This document shows, in pieces, positions 22,221 through 31,897 of a DNA stretch of 64,000 bases (position 1 is its first letter; every line of letters begins with the position of its first letter). This stretch comes from Minisyncoccia bacterium (GTDB taxonomy: Bacteria; Patescibacteriota; Minisyncoccia; Phycocordibacterales; UBA9973). The stretch lies in NCBI GenBank assembly GCA_049287045.1, contig JBAQFC010000008.1, forward strand, positions 22,198 to 86,197. Direction: 5' to 3'. Below the pieces are notes generated by a model. It was not told the DNA's origin and ran no database searches. It saw only the letters and a list, made by a program, of their open reading frames with translations. A program made the position numbers and the translations under genes.

Positions 22221-23204
22221 TTATTCTTTCAAATTAAGCCCGAATTTTCCGAGCACTTTTTTAATCTCTGTTATTCCCTTTTCACCAATACCCTCTACTT
22301 CAAGCAAATCTTCTCTTTTCTTGCGAGCAAGACCTCCAAGAGTACGAATATTTGCGGCTGTAAGAGCATTTAAGGTTCGAGTAGAAAGATCAAGAGTATC
22401 TGTGCGTGTCTTTAAAACATCAGTAAAATCATCTCCTTTTTTATCATCCTCTTCTTCAGATTCTTTTTCTTCTTCCTTTGAAGCTTTCTTTTCAATCTTA
22501 ACTTCTTCTTCAGGTTCTTTGAAATCGATAATAGCCTTAAGCTGATTGATCATGATTTCGATAGATTGTGAAAGAACTTCACGTGCAGTCAAAGTACCAT
22601 CTGTTTCGATTGAGATTCTTAGGCGATTGTGGTTTGTTCTGTCTCCGACGCGCATATTCTCAACCTCGTAAGCAACACGGCGAATAGGAGTAAAGATAGC
22701 ATCAACAGCGATTGTGCCGACATCAACTTTTTCTTTTTGTAAAACTTCTTTTGAGATAAAGCCTAAGCCTTTCTCGATTCTCATTTCAATATTTAAATTA
22801 ACCTTACCAGTAACTTCAGCAATATGAAGATCTGGGTTTAAAACTTCAACTTGTCCACTTGTTTTAATATCTGCTGCTGTGACTTCCTTTGGTCCTTTTA
22901 TGGAAAGAGTCACTGTCTGAGGTTCATCAGAAGTCATTTTAAAACGAGTCTTTTTCAAATTTAAGATCATAACAATCACATCTTCTTTAACTCCCTCAAG
23001 TGTTGAGAACTCATGAGAAACACCATCAATTTTGATTGATGTTATACTTGCGCCTGGTAGAGAAGAAAGAATAATTCTTCGTAGACTGTTACCAAGGGTA
23101 TGTCCGTACCCAGGATATAAACCGTCTATTTCAAATACTCCTTTGTTTCCTTCTTCAACAACAACGCGAGGCTTAGATGGCATGATTATTTTATATTCAG
23201 GCAT
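22221..23204 (-). CDS. rpoA: DNA-directed RNA polymerase subunit alpha
   Basis: N-terminal dimerisation domain (GYGHTLGNSLRRILLSS) and the C-terminal alphaCTD HhH. Confidence 0.95.
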   Translation of the reverse strand: MPEYKIIMPSKPRVVVEEGNKGVFEIDGLYPGYGHTLGNSLRRIILSSLPGASITSIKIDGVSHEFSTLEGVKEDVIVMILNLKKTRFKMTSDEPQTVTLSIKGPKEVTAADIKTSGQVEVLNPDLHIAEVTGKVNLNIEMRIEKGLGFISKEVLQKEKVDVGTIAVDAIFTPIRRVAYEVENMRVGDRTNHNRLRISIETDGTLTAREVLSQSIEIMINQLKAIIDFKEPEEEVKIEKKASKEEEKESEEEDDKKGDDFTDVLKTRTDTLDLSTRTLNALTAANIRTLGGLARKKREDLLEVEGIGEKGITEIKKVLGKFGLNLKE

Positions 23205-23264
23205 GTTTTTTTATAAAAAGTTATTTTTAAATTTTTAATAATAAATAAAACGAATCTAAGTGAA

Positions 23265-23867
23265 TTAACGACTGTAGAATTCAAGCACAGCATTAAGGTC
23301 AAGGAAAGTTTCTGTATTCTTTGGTTTAGCTGAAACCTTGCCTTCCATTGTTTTTGCATCGAATGCTACCCATGCTGGAGATTTATAATCTTTTAGTTTA
23401 TCAGACATACCTTCAAAAATTTTCTTTCCTTTTGAACCTTCACGGATCTTTATGATATCTCCAGGCTTCATTTCGTATGAAGGAATAGTAACTTTGTGAT
23501 CATTAACAATAAAATGTCCATGTGACACCATTTGTCTAGTTGCACGTCTTGAACTTCCAAGACCCATTCTGTAGATTACGTTATCAAGACGAGTTTCAAG
23601 TCCTTCGTAAAATTTCTCTGCTGTACCAGCACCTTTGATATGAGTAGCTTTTTTAACATAGTTTGAAAGCTGGCGTTCAGTGATTCCATAAGAAAAACGA
23701 ATTTTCTGCTTTTCAATAAGCTGAGCTCCGTATTCAGAAGGAGCCTTTGGGCGACGTGCGCCAGGTCCAGCAAACTTTGCGGAAGGCTTAAATTTAGAAG
23801 TCTGACATTTGTCATAAACTCCTGGTCCTAATCTTCGGCAAATTTTAAATTTTGGTTTAGTAATCAT
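23265..23867 (-). CDS. rpsD: 30S ribosomal protein S4
   Basis: S4 domain (RLDNVIYRMGLGSSRRATRQMVSHGHFIVN). Confidence 0.9.
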   Translation of the reverse strand: MITKPKFKICRRLGPGVYDKCQTSKFKPSAKFAGPGARRPKAPSEYGAQLIEKQKIRFSYGITERQLSNYVKKATHIKGAGTAEKFYEGLETRLDNVIYRMGLGSSRRATRQMVSHGHFIVNDHKVTIPSYEMKPGDIIKIREGSKGKKIFEGMSDKLKDYKSPAWVAFDAKTMEGKVSAKPKNTETFLDLNAVLEFYSR

Positions 23868-23888
23868 TTTTGTTTAGTAATTTATTAA

Positions 23889-24317
23889 TTAAACTCTTCT
23901 AGGCTTCTTAGCTTTGGGACCATTGTGTGGTACTGGTGTGGCATCCTTGATTGTAACTATTTCAATATTGTGAGCCATGAATGCTCTGATAGCAGGTTCA
24001 CGTCCAGAACCAACTCCTCGGACAACTACATCTGCATCTTTAACTCCAAGAGTAGCTGCTTTGTCTCCAACAATGTCTCCAACCTTAGAAGCTGCGAAAG
24101 GAGTACCCTTTTTTGCTCCACGGAAACCTAGTGAACCTGAACTTGACCAAAACAATACGTTGCCTAATTTATCAGCGAAAATAACTTTAGTATTGTTGAA
24201 AGTAGCATCAACATACAAAATTCCAGAAGTTATTTTCTTCTTTGCTGTTTTAGATGGAGCAGCTTTTACTTCTCCTTCTGTCTTTACTTCTTCTGTTGTT
24301 GTTTTTGTCTTTGCCAT
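23889..24317 (-). CDS. rpsK: 30S ribosomal protein S11
   Basis: GILYVDATFNNTKV...GSLGFRGAKKGTPFAA. Confidence 0.9.
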   Translation of the reverse strand: MAKTKTTTEEVKTEGEVKAAPSKTAKKKITSGILYVDATFNNTKVIFADKLGNVLFWSSSGSLGFRGAKKGTPFAASKVGDIVGDKAATLGVKDADVVVRGVGSGREPAIRAFMAHNIEIVTIKDATPVPHNGPKAKKPRRV

Positions 24318-24331
24318 TTTAATTAATTATC

Positions 24332-24712
24332 TTATGTCTTACTCTCTTTTCTCTTTCCAGATGCCATGGTCTTTCTTACGTTACCTCGGACAGTTCTAGA
24401 GTTGGTCTTTGTACGTTGTCCTCTGACGGGTAATCTCTTCATATGTCTGACACCTCTGTGAGTTTTGATATCTTTTAGTCTTTTGATATTTCCAGAGATT
24501 TCTCGCTTTAGATTTCCTTCGATAGTCATTACTTCAATGATTGCACGAATTTTATTTTCTTCATCAGGTGTTAAGTCTTTAGCTTTTTTTCCATGATCAA
24601 GACCAACTTGGTCTAATATCTTGCGGGCAGCTGGGATACCGATTCCAAAAAGAACGGTTAAACCGATTTCAAGTCTCTTTTCATTTGGTATTGTAATTCC
24701 GAGTATTCTCAT
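24332..24712 (-). CDS. rpsM: 30S ribosomal protein S13
   Basis: MRILGITIPNEKRLEIGLT..IFGIG. Confidence 0.9.
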   Translation of the reverse strand: MRILGITIPNEKRLEIGLTVLFGIGIPAARKILDQVGLDHGKKAKDLTPDEENKIRAIIEVMTIEGNLKREISGNIKRLKDIKTHRGVRHMKRLPVRGQRTKTNSRTVRGNVRKTMASGKRKESKT

Positions 24713-24717
24713 AAATT

Positions 24718-24828
24718 TTATTGTTTTTGTTTATGTTTAGGATTAACGCAAATAACTCTTAAATGCCTCTGGCGCTTGACCATTTTGCAATTATCACAAA
24801 TTTTTTTTACTGATGCTCTGATTTTCAT
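24718..24828 (-). CDS. rpmJ: 50S ribosomal protein L36
   Basis: Hand-translated 36-aa [39 protein letters not shown], matching the C..C...C...H L36 pattern. Below the ORF-track length cutoff; sits between rpsM and infA as expected. Confidence 0.8.
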   Translation of the reverse strand: MKIRASVKKICDNCKMVKRQRHLRVICVNPKHKQKQ

Positions 24829-24851
24829 ATAAATTTTGAAATTAAGATAAA

Positions 24852-24870
24852 ATAAGGGGAAAACCCTTAT
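24852..24870. terminator. hairpin (partial terminator) between infA and rpmJ
   Basis: ataaggg-gaaaa-cccttat, then TTTTAT on the minus strand. Confidence 0.4.
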
Positions 24871-24931
24871 TTTTAATAACACTTATCGTCTTCTAAAACC
24901 GTAATTACTATAATACACTATTCCAAATAAA

Positions 24932-25153
24932 TTACAACCTTTTAACGATTCTACCCTTTCCACCGTACGGATCAAGCACAACTTCAACCTGATCTCCTAT
25001 CAAAATCTTTATACGGTGCATACGCATCTTTCCAGATAAGTAAGCAAGTATTTCCTTTTGATCATCCATCATCACTCGAAATAAAGTACTAGGCAATGCC
25101 TCAGTGACAACTCCTCTCGCTGTCAAAATTTTTTCATTTCTTTGATCACTCAT
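24932..25153 (-). CDS. infA: translation initiation factor IF-1
   Basis: S1-like OB fold (GVVTEALPSTLFRV...MRMHRIKILIGDQVEV). Probable start at the internal Met (MSDQRNEK); the track start at 25195 adds 14 codons. Confidence 0.85.
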   Translation of the reverse strand: MSDQRNEKILTARGVVTEALPSTLFRVMMDDQKEILAYLSGKMRMHRIKILIGDQVEVVLDPYGGKGRIVKRL

Positions 25154-25253
25154 TTGATGTTTGGTTATTTTAACAAAATTAGATAATAAAGTCAAAATAT
25201 ATTATGTTAATAACAACATATAATACTTAACGTAAATTTCTTGGAAATATTTA

Positions 25254-26528
25254 TTATGGGTAATTCACTATAATATCTATTTTTTGTTTTTTATCAGGTA
25301 AGGAACTCTTCCATGCTGGACGTAAAACTAAGTCAGCTGAATTGATATTAGAATATTTAGAAAATATACTATTAAAATCCTTCTTCTTTGTATTTAAAAG
25401 ATCAATAACAAGCTTTTCATTTTCTACTTTCCAGACAATCTTGGTTTTACCTTTTAATGTGAAATTTATATTTTTTACATCTCCGAATGATATATTTTCC
25501 TTGTTGGTAAGAGAGAATAATAAATCTTTAATTTTGGAAACATAGACATCACTGCCATCATAATCTTCAATATTTGAAGTAGCAATTTTTTTTGTTAAAT
25601 CTTTTTCATTAAAGAAAAAACCATATAGTGTTCCTTTTACACCGATTGAAACTTGACCACTCGCAGGGATAAAATCAACTGTCGCATCTTCGTTCTTAAA
25701 AAAGACTGCATCCTTAAATAAAATATATTCACTTGGAATTTGTTCAGTGGCCTTTTTAAATAATTTTGCTTGTAAAGTAGTCTTTAAATCATTTACAATA
25801 GTTTCTTTTTCAGTGTCAGAAATCTGACCAAATTTACCTTTGAGTCCACCAGTTATTGGTGACTTTGATCTAGCATAAATTTTTGAATATTTAGAAGTTC
25901 CCTTAAAACCAAAAATCTTAAAATCAAGTGGAGCACTATTATACTCACTCCCGGCTTCTTTTCCAGAGATATTTACTTCTACACGCCCTGGAGTGCCGTC
26001 TTTAGCCATTCCTGGCACGACAATCTTGGCATCTGTTGTGTACATCTTACCGTTTGACCCTTCAAGCCGTGTATCGATACTGAGAGACTGTGGAGCAGAA
26101 CTAAAAGTATTAAAAATAGTAACAACTCCTTTAGCTTTTGCAGAAACATCTTTTTCCTCTCCACCTGGTACTATTTTAATTTCTTTGTCAGAAATTGAGA
26201 TTAACTGAAAAGATAGACCGTCTGTACTTGAATCCTTGGTGGCAGACAAAGTCTCATTTAATTCCAAATCTTTTACTTTTGGATTAACAGTAACTTTTGC
26301 CCTAGAGAACAAAAAAGAAAAAGCAAAAAGTAGAAATACAACAGAAACCAACGCAACAAACCAAAGTGCATATCTGGAATTATTATTTTCCTCTACATGA
26401 TAATTAAAATGAGATTCTTTAAATTCAGGTTTTTCTATTTTTTCTTTCTTTTCTATTTTTCTTTCTGTAAGTACATCTCTATTTATACGTTTTATTTTTA
26501 CAATATCTTGAAAAGACTTTTTGGGCAT
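25254..26528 (-). CDS. hypothetical bitopic membrane protein (cytoplasmic K/E-rich N-terminus, one TM, ~350-aa external domain)
   Basis: TM segment YALWFVALVSVVFLLFAFSFLF; sits downstream of the actin-like ATPase gene. PilN/FtsQ-like topology but no sequence call possible. Confidence 0.4.
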   Translation of the reverse strand: MPKKSFQDIVKIKRINRDVLTERKIEKKEKIEKPEFKESHFNYHVEENNNSRYALWFVALVSVVFLLFAFSFLFSRAKVTVNPKVKDLELNETLSATKDSSTDGLSFQLISISDKEIKIVPGGEEKDVSAKAKGVVTIFNTFSSAPQSLSIDTRLEGSNGKMYTTDAKIVVPGMAKDGTPGRVEVNISGKEAGSEYNSAPLDFKIFGFKGTSKYSKIYARSKSPITGGLKGKFGQISDTEKETIVNDLKTTLQAKLFKKATEQIPSEYILFKDAVFFKNEDATVDFIPASGQVSIGVKGTLYGFFFNEKDLTKKIATSNIEDYDGSDVYVSKIKDLLFSLTNKENISFGDVKNINFTLKGKTKIVWKVENEKLVIDLLNTKKKDFNSIFSKYSNINSADLVLRPAWKSSLPDKKQKIDIIVNYP

Positions 26529-26537
26529 ACTTATATT

Positions 26538-27725
26538 TTAGCGAAGAAAACTACTAATGTAAATAGATTCAATAATAAGAGAAGGATCACGAATTATATT
26601 TTTTTCTAAAACAACAAAACCATGGAGTGTTTTTGTATCGAGCAAGACAACATTAAATTTTGATTCAGTTAAAGCATACTGATTAAACTGTTCCATTTTA
26701 ATAGTTCCTGAGAAAAAATCTGCTAAATCTTGATCTGCCATCACAAAAATAGACGATGGAACAGAAATATTATTTGAAAGGTTACCAAGAGACATCTGAA
26801 AATTTTTAAGCCATTCTAATTTTAATTCATCAACAACAGGCTTGAGTTTCCTTTCAGTTTGTTCATTAGCATGACCATCTTTATAGAGAGAAACAAGAGA
26901 CTTTGCTTCATGTAACGAGGTTTTCAAAACAGATGAGGCCTTTCTTATTATAAAATTCTTACCTAATGGAAAAGAAATTGATTCACATAATATGTCATTT
27001 TTTATTAGAGAAATATCTGTGACTTCCCCACCAATATCAACCAATAAAAAATCTTTCTGGTTTATAAACATGTCACGAGTAACAACAAAGGATGCCATCG
27101 CTAATGACGAGAACTTGATACTACTTGGATAAAAATATCTACCAACAGCATGTTTAAACTTTTCCAATACAACGTCAGAGCTCATTGAAATAAAAATAGT
27201 CATTTCGAGTTCTTTGGATTTCTTACCCAAAGGGCTAGATGTTGTATAACCGTTTAGTTTGGTCTTCATATTTTTAAGTTCGATCAATTGAACTCCGGAA
27301 TTTGAGTGCTGGATAGAATGTTCTTCTTTAAATAGAGATAGCTCTCTTTGAGTTAAACTATCAGCAAGTTTCGCAGTAAAAATGAAAGGTGTATTTTTTT
27401 CTAGGTTGATGGTTCTGGTTTGAGATGTATACCAAGGAGACGAGAGGATACAAAAAATGTCCTTTGGTGCACCAAGTTTCTTTAGAAGAATTTTATTGGC
27501 AACAATTTCAAGAGATTTTGCAGTCAAAGAAAGTAGTCGATCAAAATCAACTTCTTTTTCAAGAAAAATAGGTTCACGAATAGTACAAATTATTTTAGGA
27601 ACACCGGATTTTTGCAAAAAGAAAAGTGCTGCACCGACAGACGTCGAGCCAATATCAAAAACAAGAGTTAATTCTTTTTTTTCTTTGGATTTAGAAAAAA
27701 TCTTCATGAGATAATTGTACCACAA
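26538..27725 (-). CDS. actin-fold ATPase (PilM/FtsA-like)
   Basis: Two phosphate-binding motifs, LTLVFDIGSTSVGAALF and FLLVDIGGEVTDISL, typical of the ASKHA PilM/FtsA family. Confidence 0.45.
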   Translation of the reverse strand: MWYNYLMKIFSKSKEKKELTLVFDIGSTSVGAALFFLQKSGVPKIICTIREPIFLEKEVDFDRLLSLTAKSLEIVANKILLKKLGAPKDIFCILSSPWYTSQTRTINLEKNTPFIFTAKLADSLTQRELSLFKEEHSIQHSNSGVQLIELKNMKTKLNGYTTSSPLGKKSKELEMTIFISMSSDVVLEKFKHAVGRYFYPSSIKFSSLAMASFVVTRDMFINQKDFLLVDIGGEVTDISLIKNDILCESISFPLGKNFIIRKASSVLKTSLHEAKSLVSLYKDGHANEQTERKLKPVVDELKLEWLKNFQMSLGNLSNNISVPSSIFVMADQDLADFFSGTIKMEQFNQYALTESKFNVVLLDTKTLHGFVVLEKNIIRDPSLIIESIYISSFLR

Positions 27726-27732
27726 ACAAAAA

Positions 27733-29508
27733 TTATTCTAGAGTTGCTTTGATTCTACGTATTCCCGCAGCGACGGCTTCTTCTTTTAGAATTTTGAAAT
27801 GACCTAGTTCTGAAGTATTTTCAACATGCGGACCACCACAGAATTCTTTACTAAAAGCTTGTCCTGAGCCTGCCGAAGGATCTTCAATAAAATAAACACT
27901 CACCACTTCTGGATACTTAGCACCGAATTCCATTTGTGCACCAATTTTTTCTGCTTCAACAAATGGCATCTCGCGACGGACAACATTCAAACTAGCTTTT
28001 ATTTTTTCATTTACTAAATCTTCTACTTTTTTCTTTTCTTCATCGGTCAGTTTATGATCACATAGAAAATCAATACGTAAACGCTCTTCGGTAATATTAC
28101 TGCCTCTTTGCTTGATATCTGGGTTTACGACTTCCTGTAGTGCTGCTAAGAGCATATGGTGCGCTGTGTGAAGTCTAATAGTCTTTTCGTTATGATTCGC
28201 TAGTCCACCCTTAAACATACCGGCTGAGGCTGTCTGGGATAGCTTCTGGTGTTCAGTCATTTTCTTATGAAAATCTTCAAGGTCAACTGTCTGACCTTTT
28301 TCTTTTGCCAGTTCAACAGTAAGCTCTACGGGGAAACCATAAGTAGTAGCAAGAATAAATGGATCAACTCCTTTTTCAAATTCTTTTAATCCATATCCAA
28401 GTGTCTGACGGAATTTATTTTCTTCTTTTTCAATTTCTGCAAAAATAAAATCTGATTGTGAAGATAGATTCATATAATCATTCCTGTATTTTTTTATAAA
28501 TATATCTGCAATATTTGAAATATCACCAGGATTATTTTCTTGTCCTTGTTTCAATCCTAAATTGTCAGCATGACGAACAGCACGACGAACAAGGCGACGC
28601 AAAACGTAGCCTTGGTCTTTGTTTGAAGGAATAACTCCATCAGCAATAAGCATGACTGATGTCCTGATATGGTCAGTAACTATACGAGCAGATTTTTCAT
28701 TATATTTCTCTCCAGAGATTCTTTTGATTTCATTCATTACCGGAGCGAGCAGATCAGTCTCGTAGGCAGTCTGTTTTCCTTGCATCACTGCAGTAATACG
28801 TTCAAGACCAGCGCCAGTATCTACATTTTTCTGTTTTAGTTTACCAATTACTTTTCCATCTTTCTTTTCGTACTCCATAAAAACATCATTCCAAATTTCT
28901 ATGACAGTTTCTTTTTTATTCGCATCAGCAAAACCCTCTAGATTTAGATCACCAACATTTCCAGTCATATCATAAAACATTTCACTACATGGACCACACG
29001 GGCCATTGTCTCCAGGACTCCACCAATTGTCTTCTGCAGGTAAAGGATAAATGCGATGTTCTGGGACACCCAGGCTCATCCAAATATCTTTAGCTTCTTG
29101 ATCGAAAGGTGCATTTTCATCACCCTCAAAAATCGTAAAATATAAACGATTTATATCGAGGCCAAGACCTTCTTCTTTGGAAGTTAAAAATTCATAACTC
29201 CATTTGATAGTGTCTTCTTTAAAATAATCTCCGAGAGACCAGTTACCCATCATTTCAAAAAATGAAAAATGACGACTGTCACCAATATCATCCAAATCAC
29301 CGGTACGGACACATTTCTGAATATCAGCAATGCGCTTACCCATAGGGTGTTCTTGTCCGAGTAAATACGGTACAAGAGGTTGCATGCCGGCAGTATTAAA
29401 AAGCACAGAAGGATCATTCTCCGGTACTAGTGAAGCTGAAGGAATTATTGCATGTCCTCGTTTTTCAAAAAATTTTAAAAACCTAGATCTAATTTCGCTT
29501 GATTGCAT
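27733..29508 (-). CDS. alaS: alanine--tRNA ligase (truncated; lacks C-Ala domain)
   Basis: Class II catalytic core (FNTAGMQP...WSLGDYFK) and editing-domain motifs (HTAHHML, CGGPHV); only 591 aa. Confidence 0.85.
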   Translation of the reverse strand: MQSSEIRSRFLKFFEKRGHAIIPSASLVPENDPSVLFNTAGMQPLVPYLLGQEHPMGKRIADIQKCVRTGDLDDIGDSRHFSFFEMMGNWSLGDYFKEDTIKWSYEFLTSKEEGLGLDINRLYFTIFEGDENAPFDQEAKDIWMSLGVPEHRIYPLPAEDNWWSPGDNGPCGPCSEMFYDMTGNVGDLNLEGFADANKKETVIEIWNDVFMEYEKKDGKVIGKLKQKNVDTGAGLERITAVMQGKQTAYETDLLAPVMNEIKRISGEKYNEKSARIVTDHIRTSVMLIADGVIPSNKDQGYVLRRLVRRAVRHADNLGLKQGQENNPGDISNIADIFIKKYRNDYMNLSSQSDFIFAEIEKEENKFRQTLGYGLKEFEKGVDPFILATTYGFPVELTVELAKEKGQTVDLEDFHKKMTEHQKLSQTASAGMFKGGLANHNEKTIRLHTAHHMLLAALQEVVNPDIKQRGSNITEERLRIDFLCDHKLTDEEKKKVEDLVNEKIKASLNVVRREMPFVEAEKIGAQMEFGAKYPEVVSVYFIEDPSAGSGQAFSKEFCGGPHVENTSELGHFKILKEEAVAAGIRRIKATLE

Positions 29509-29519
29509 AATTTTATATT

Positions 29520-29996
29520 TTAAGTAGTTGGTTTATCTGCTTCACCATCACCTGCCATTTTTCTAATAGGTTCTTCAAGAATATTCATTGCGATAAAAAT
29601 AAAAAGAACTAAAATAGTTGAAATAGTTGCAAGGCTAAATAAACCTAATCCAGCAGCCATACCTATACCTGCTGTTACCCAAAGACCTCCTGCGGTGGTA
29701 AGACCCTTAAGTCTAGTACCTTGTAGGATTATTGAACCGGCACCCAAGAATCCTATTCCCGTCACAATCTGAGCAGGTATCATCGTTGGATTCAAACCAT
29801 TAAGACCAGCGTATTTTTCAACCATAGATTCAGAGACCAACATAAAAAGTGCTGCTCCCATAGAAACCAAAGCATGTGTCTTCATTCCGGCTTCTTTGTG
29901 TACAAAAAGACGTTCTGCCCCAATAAGCATACCAAGTACCACTGCTAAAATTATTCTTAAAATAAAATCACCATTTTCTATAAAAAATTGAGACAT
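29520..29996 (-). CDS. MgtC/SapB family membrane protein
   Basis: ILAVVLGMLIGAER...GIGFLGAGSII...GLTTAGGLW is the MgtC signature. Likely starts at the internal Met (MSQFFIENG); the track start at 30086 is over-extended. Confidence 0.7.
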   Translation of the reverse strand: MSQFFIENGDFILRIILAVVLGMLIGAERLFVHKEAGMKTHALVSMGAALFMLVSESMVEKYAGLNGLNPTMIPAQIVTGIGFLGAGSIILQGTRLKGLTTAGGLWVTAGIGMAAGLGLFSLATISTILVLFIFIAMNILEEPIRKMAGDGEADKPTT

Positions 29997-30086
29997 GAGC
30001 TTATTATACTTCAAAAAAAAGTGAAAGCAAAATAAAAATTCCACACTGTTTTTGAAGTGTGGAATAATAAAAAAATTTAAAAACAT

Positions 30087-30674
30087 CTATTGAGCGGCGC
30101 GTATACCACTAACACAAAAAACTCCATTCAGAAGAATGCAACTAACTTCTACTCTTTCTTCAACCTTACCTTTTTTACACCAATAAATAATTGGAATAAA
30201 ACCTTCAGAATCACGAGAGCCTGAACAAATAGTCATTCCTCTTATATCAAGATGATTACCCGTTTCAGTAAGATACCTTACTCCTAAAATAATCCTTTCG
30301 AGCAAGGTAACACCTAGCTTCATATCAGGATCTGACTGTTTTGCAGATTTACCTAAAAACTCACGATCTGGTTCAACTTCATCTTGTACCCACACAGCAT
30401 AATCACAATTTGTATCACGAACATTTTTTGTTATATGCTCATTTAAATTATTATAACAATTAGTACTATTAAAAAGTTTTGAATAAACTTTAAAAGCAAG
30501 ATTTAAATTTAAACCTTTAGGAATAAAGATTAACATCCATTCACCAAATACAGGTTTAGGAGAAATCATTACCTGACTGAAATCTACTTCTAAACCAAAA
30601 AAATTAGAATAGAATTTACGCCATTCTTCACAAACCTGCAGACTTGGTTTATGGCCATTTACGATACTTATCAT
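30087..30674 (-). CDS. hypothetical protein
   Basis: 195-aa soluble Cys-containing protein with no recognisable family. Confidence 0.4.
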   Translation of the reverse strand: MISIVNGHKPSLQVCEEWRKFYSNFFGLEVDFSQVMISPKPVFGEWMLIFIPKGLNLNLAFKVYSKLFNSTNCYNNLNEHITKNVRDTNCDYAVWVQDEVEPDREFLGKSAKQSDPDMKLGVTLLERIILGVRYLTETGNHLDIRGMTICSGSRDSEGFIPIIYWCKKGKVEERVEVSCILLNGVFCVSGIRAAQ

Positions 30675-30768
30675 TTTGTCCTCCTTTTTTATTTCAAATA
30701 GCAGTATTGCTATCTCAAAAAGAGAATACGACTAAATAAACAAAAAAGCAAATTATAAAATTTACAGT

Positions 30769-31887
30769 TTATATAACGACACCACCACCGAGGCAAACAT
30801 CTTTATCATAGAAAACGATAGATTGTCCTGGAGCAACGAGTACAGGTTTTTCAAAAATCACTTTTGCGGAAGTCGGACTTCCGCAAATTACTTGGCAAGG
30901 TAAAAATTCACCATGATAACGTACTTGAGCTGTATATTCTTTATTTTCATCTGGAGTGCCTGAGATCCAATTAATGTCACTAATTCTAATTTCTTCCCCT
31001 CCTTTTTGAGGAGGGGTGCTCTTTAGAGCGGGGTGGTGATTCTTTGAATTACCACCCCCAACCCCCTCCTTATTAAGGAGGGGGGAAATCTGTGACACAA
31101 TTATGATATTTTTCTTTACATCTTTACTAACAACATAATAAGCCCCATCATTCGGACCTTTTTTGGTAATGGTAAATCCATGTCTTTCACCTAGAGTCAG
31201 AAAAACAGCTCCGTCATGATATCCAATTTCTTCTCCTACCTCATTTAAAACTTTTCCCTTTTTCTCTTTAATATAATGTTTCAAAAAATCTTTCAAATCA
31301 ATATCACCTAGGAAGCAAATTCCCTGACTATCTTTCTTTTCTGCGACAGGTAATTTATATTTCTTTGCCAATTTTCTCACCGCTGTTTTATTCAAATGCC
31401 CTACGGGAAACAAAATATGTTTTAGTTGTTCTTGTTTTAATGTCCACAAGAAATAACATTGGTCTTTGGACGGATCAATGCCTTTAACTAATTTTTTTTC
31501 TAAAACTTGTGCATAATGCCCAGTCGCTACATAATCTGCACCCATTTCTAGAGCCTTTTTCAAGAAAGCACCGAATTTCACTTCTTTGTTGCACATAACA
31601 TCTGGGTTCGGAGTACGTCCCATTTTATACTCAGCAATCATATAGTCTGCGACTTCTTTTTTGTAAACATCTGAAAGGTCAAAAGTTAAAAATGGAATAT
31701 CCAAATGAGCCGCAACGCGCATAGCGTCGCGGCGCTCATCTTCTTCATTACAAACCAAAAAATCAGGGTGCCAGGTACGAATAAAGACCCCGACGACATC
31801 ATGTCCTTGATCTTTTAAAATTGCAGCGGAAACAGAAGAATCCACTCCGCCTGACATTCCTACAAATATTGTCTTTTTCTTCTTCAT
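30769..31887 (-). CDS. mnmA: tRNA 2-thiouridine(34) synthase MnmA (carries in-frame palindromic insertions)
   Basis: PP-loop SGGVDSS, catalytic cysteines, C-terminal beta-barrel. Contains the 90-bp GC-rich element at 30996-31085 and the 25-nt palindrome at 30863-30887, both in frame. Confidence 0.85.
   Translation of the reverse strand: MKKKKTIFVGMSGGVDSSVSAAILKDQGHDVVGVFIRTWHPDFLVCNEEDERRDAMRVAAHLDIPFLTFDLSDVYKKEVADYMIAEYKMGRTPNPDVMCNKEVKFGAFLKKALEMGADYVATGHYAQVLEKKLVKGIDPSKDQCYFLWTLKQEQLKHILFPVGHLNKTAVRKLAKKYKLPVAEKKDSQGICFLGDIDLKDFLKHYIKEKKGKVLNEVGEEIGYHDGAVFLTLGERHGFTITKKGPNDGAYYVVSKDVKKNIIIVSQISPLLNKEGVGGGNSKNHHPALKSTPPQKGGEEIRISDINWISGTPDENKEYTAQVRYHGEFLPCQVICGSPTSAKVIFEKPVLVAPGQSIVFYDKDVCLGGGVVI
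30863..30887. repeat. 25-nt palindrome tttgcggaagtcggacttccgcaaa (copy 1, inside mnmA)
   Basis: Near-identical to the palindrome at 39662-39688; encodes GSPTSAKVIF in frame. Confidence 0.5.
30996..31085. repeat. GC-rich triple stem-loop element inserted in frame in mnmA
   Basis: Three consecutive hairpins: cccctcc/ggagggg (30996-31016), ggggtggt/accacccc (31030-31058), ccccctcc/ggaggggg (31062-31084). The ~65% GC contrasts with the AT-rich surroundings. Encodes ISPLLNKEGVGGGNSKNHHPALKSTPPQKGGEE without stops. Confidence 0.6.
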
Positions 31888-31897
31888 TAAAATTAGC

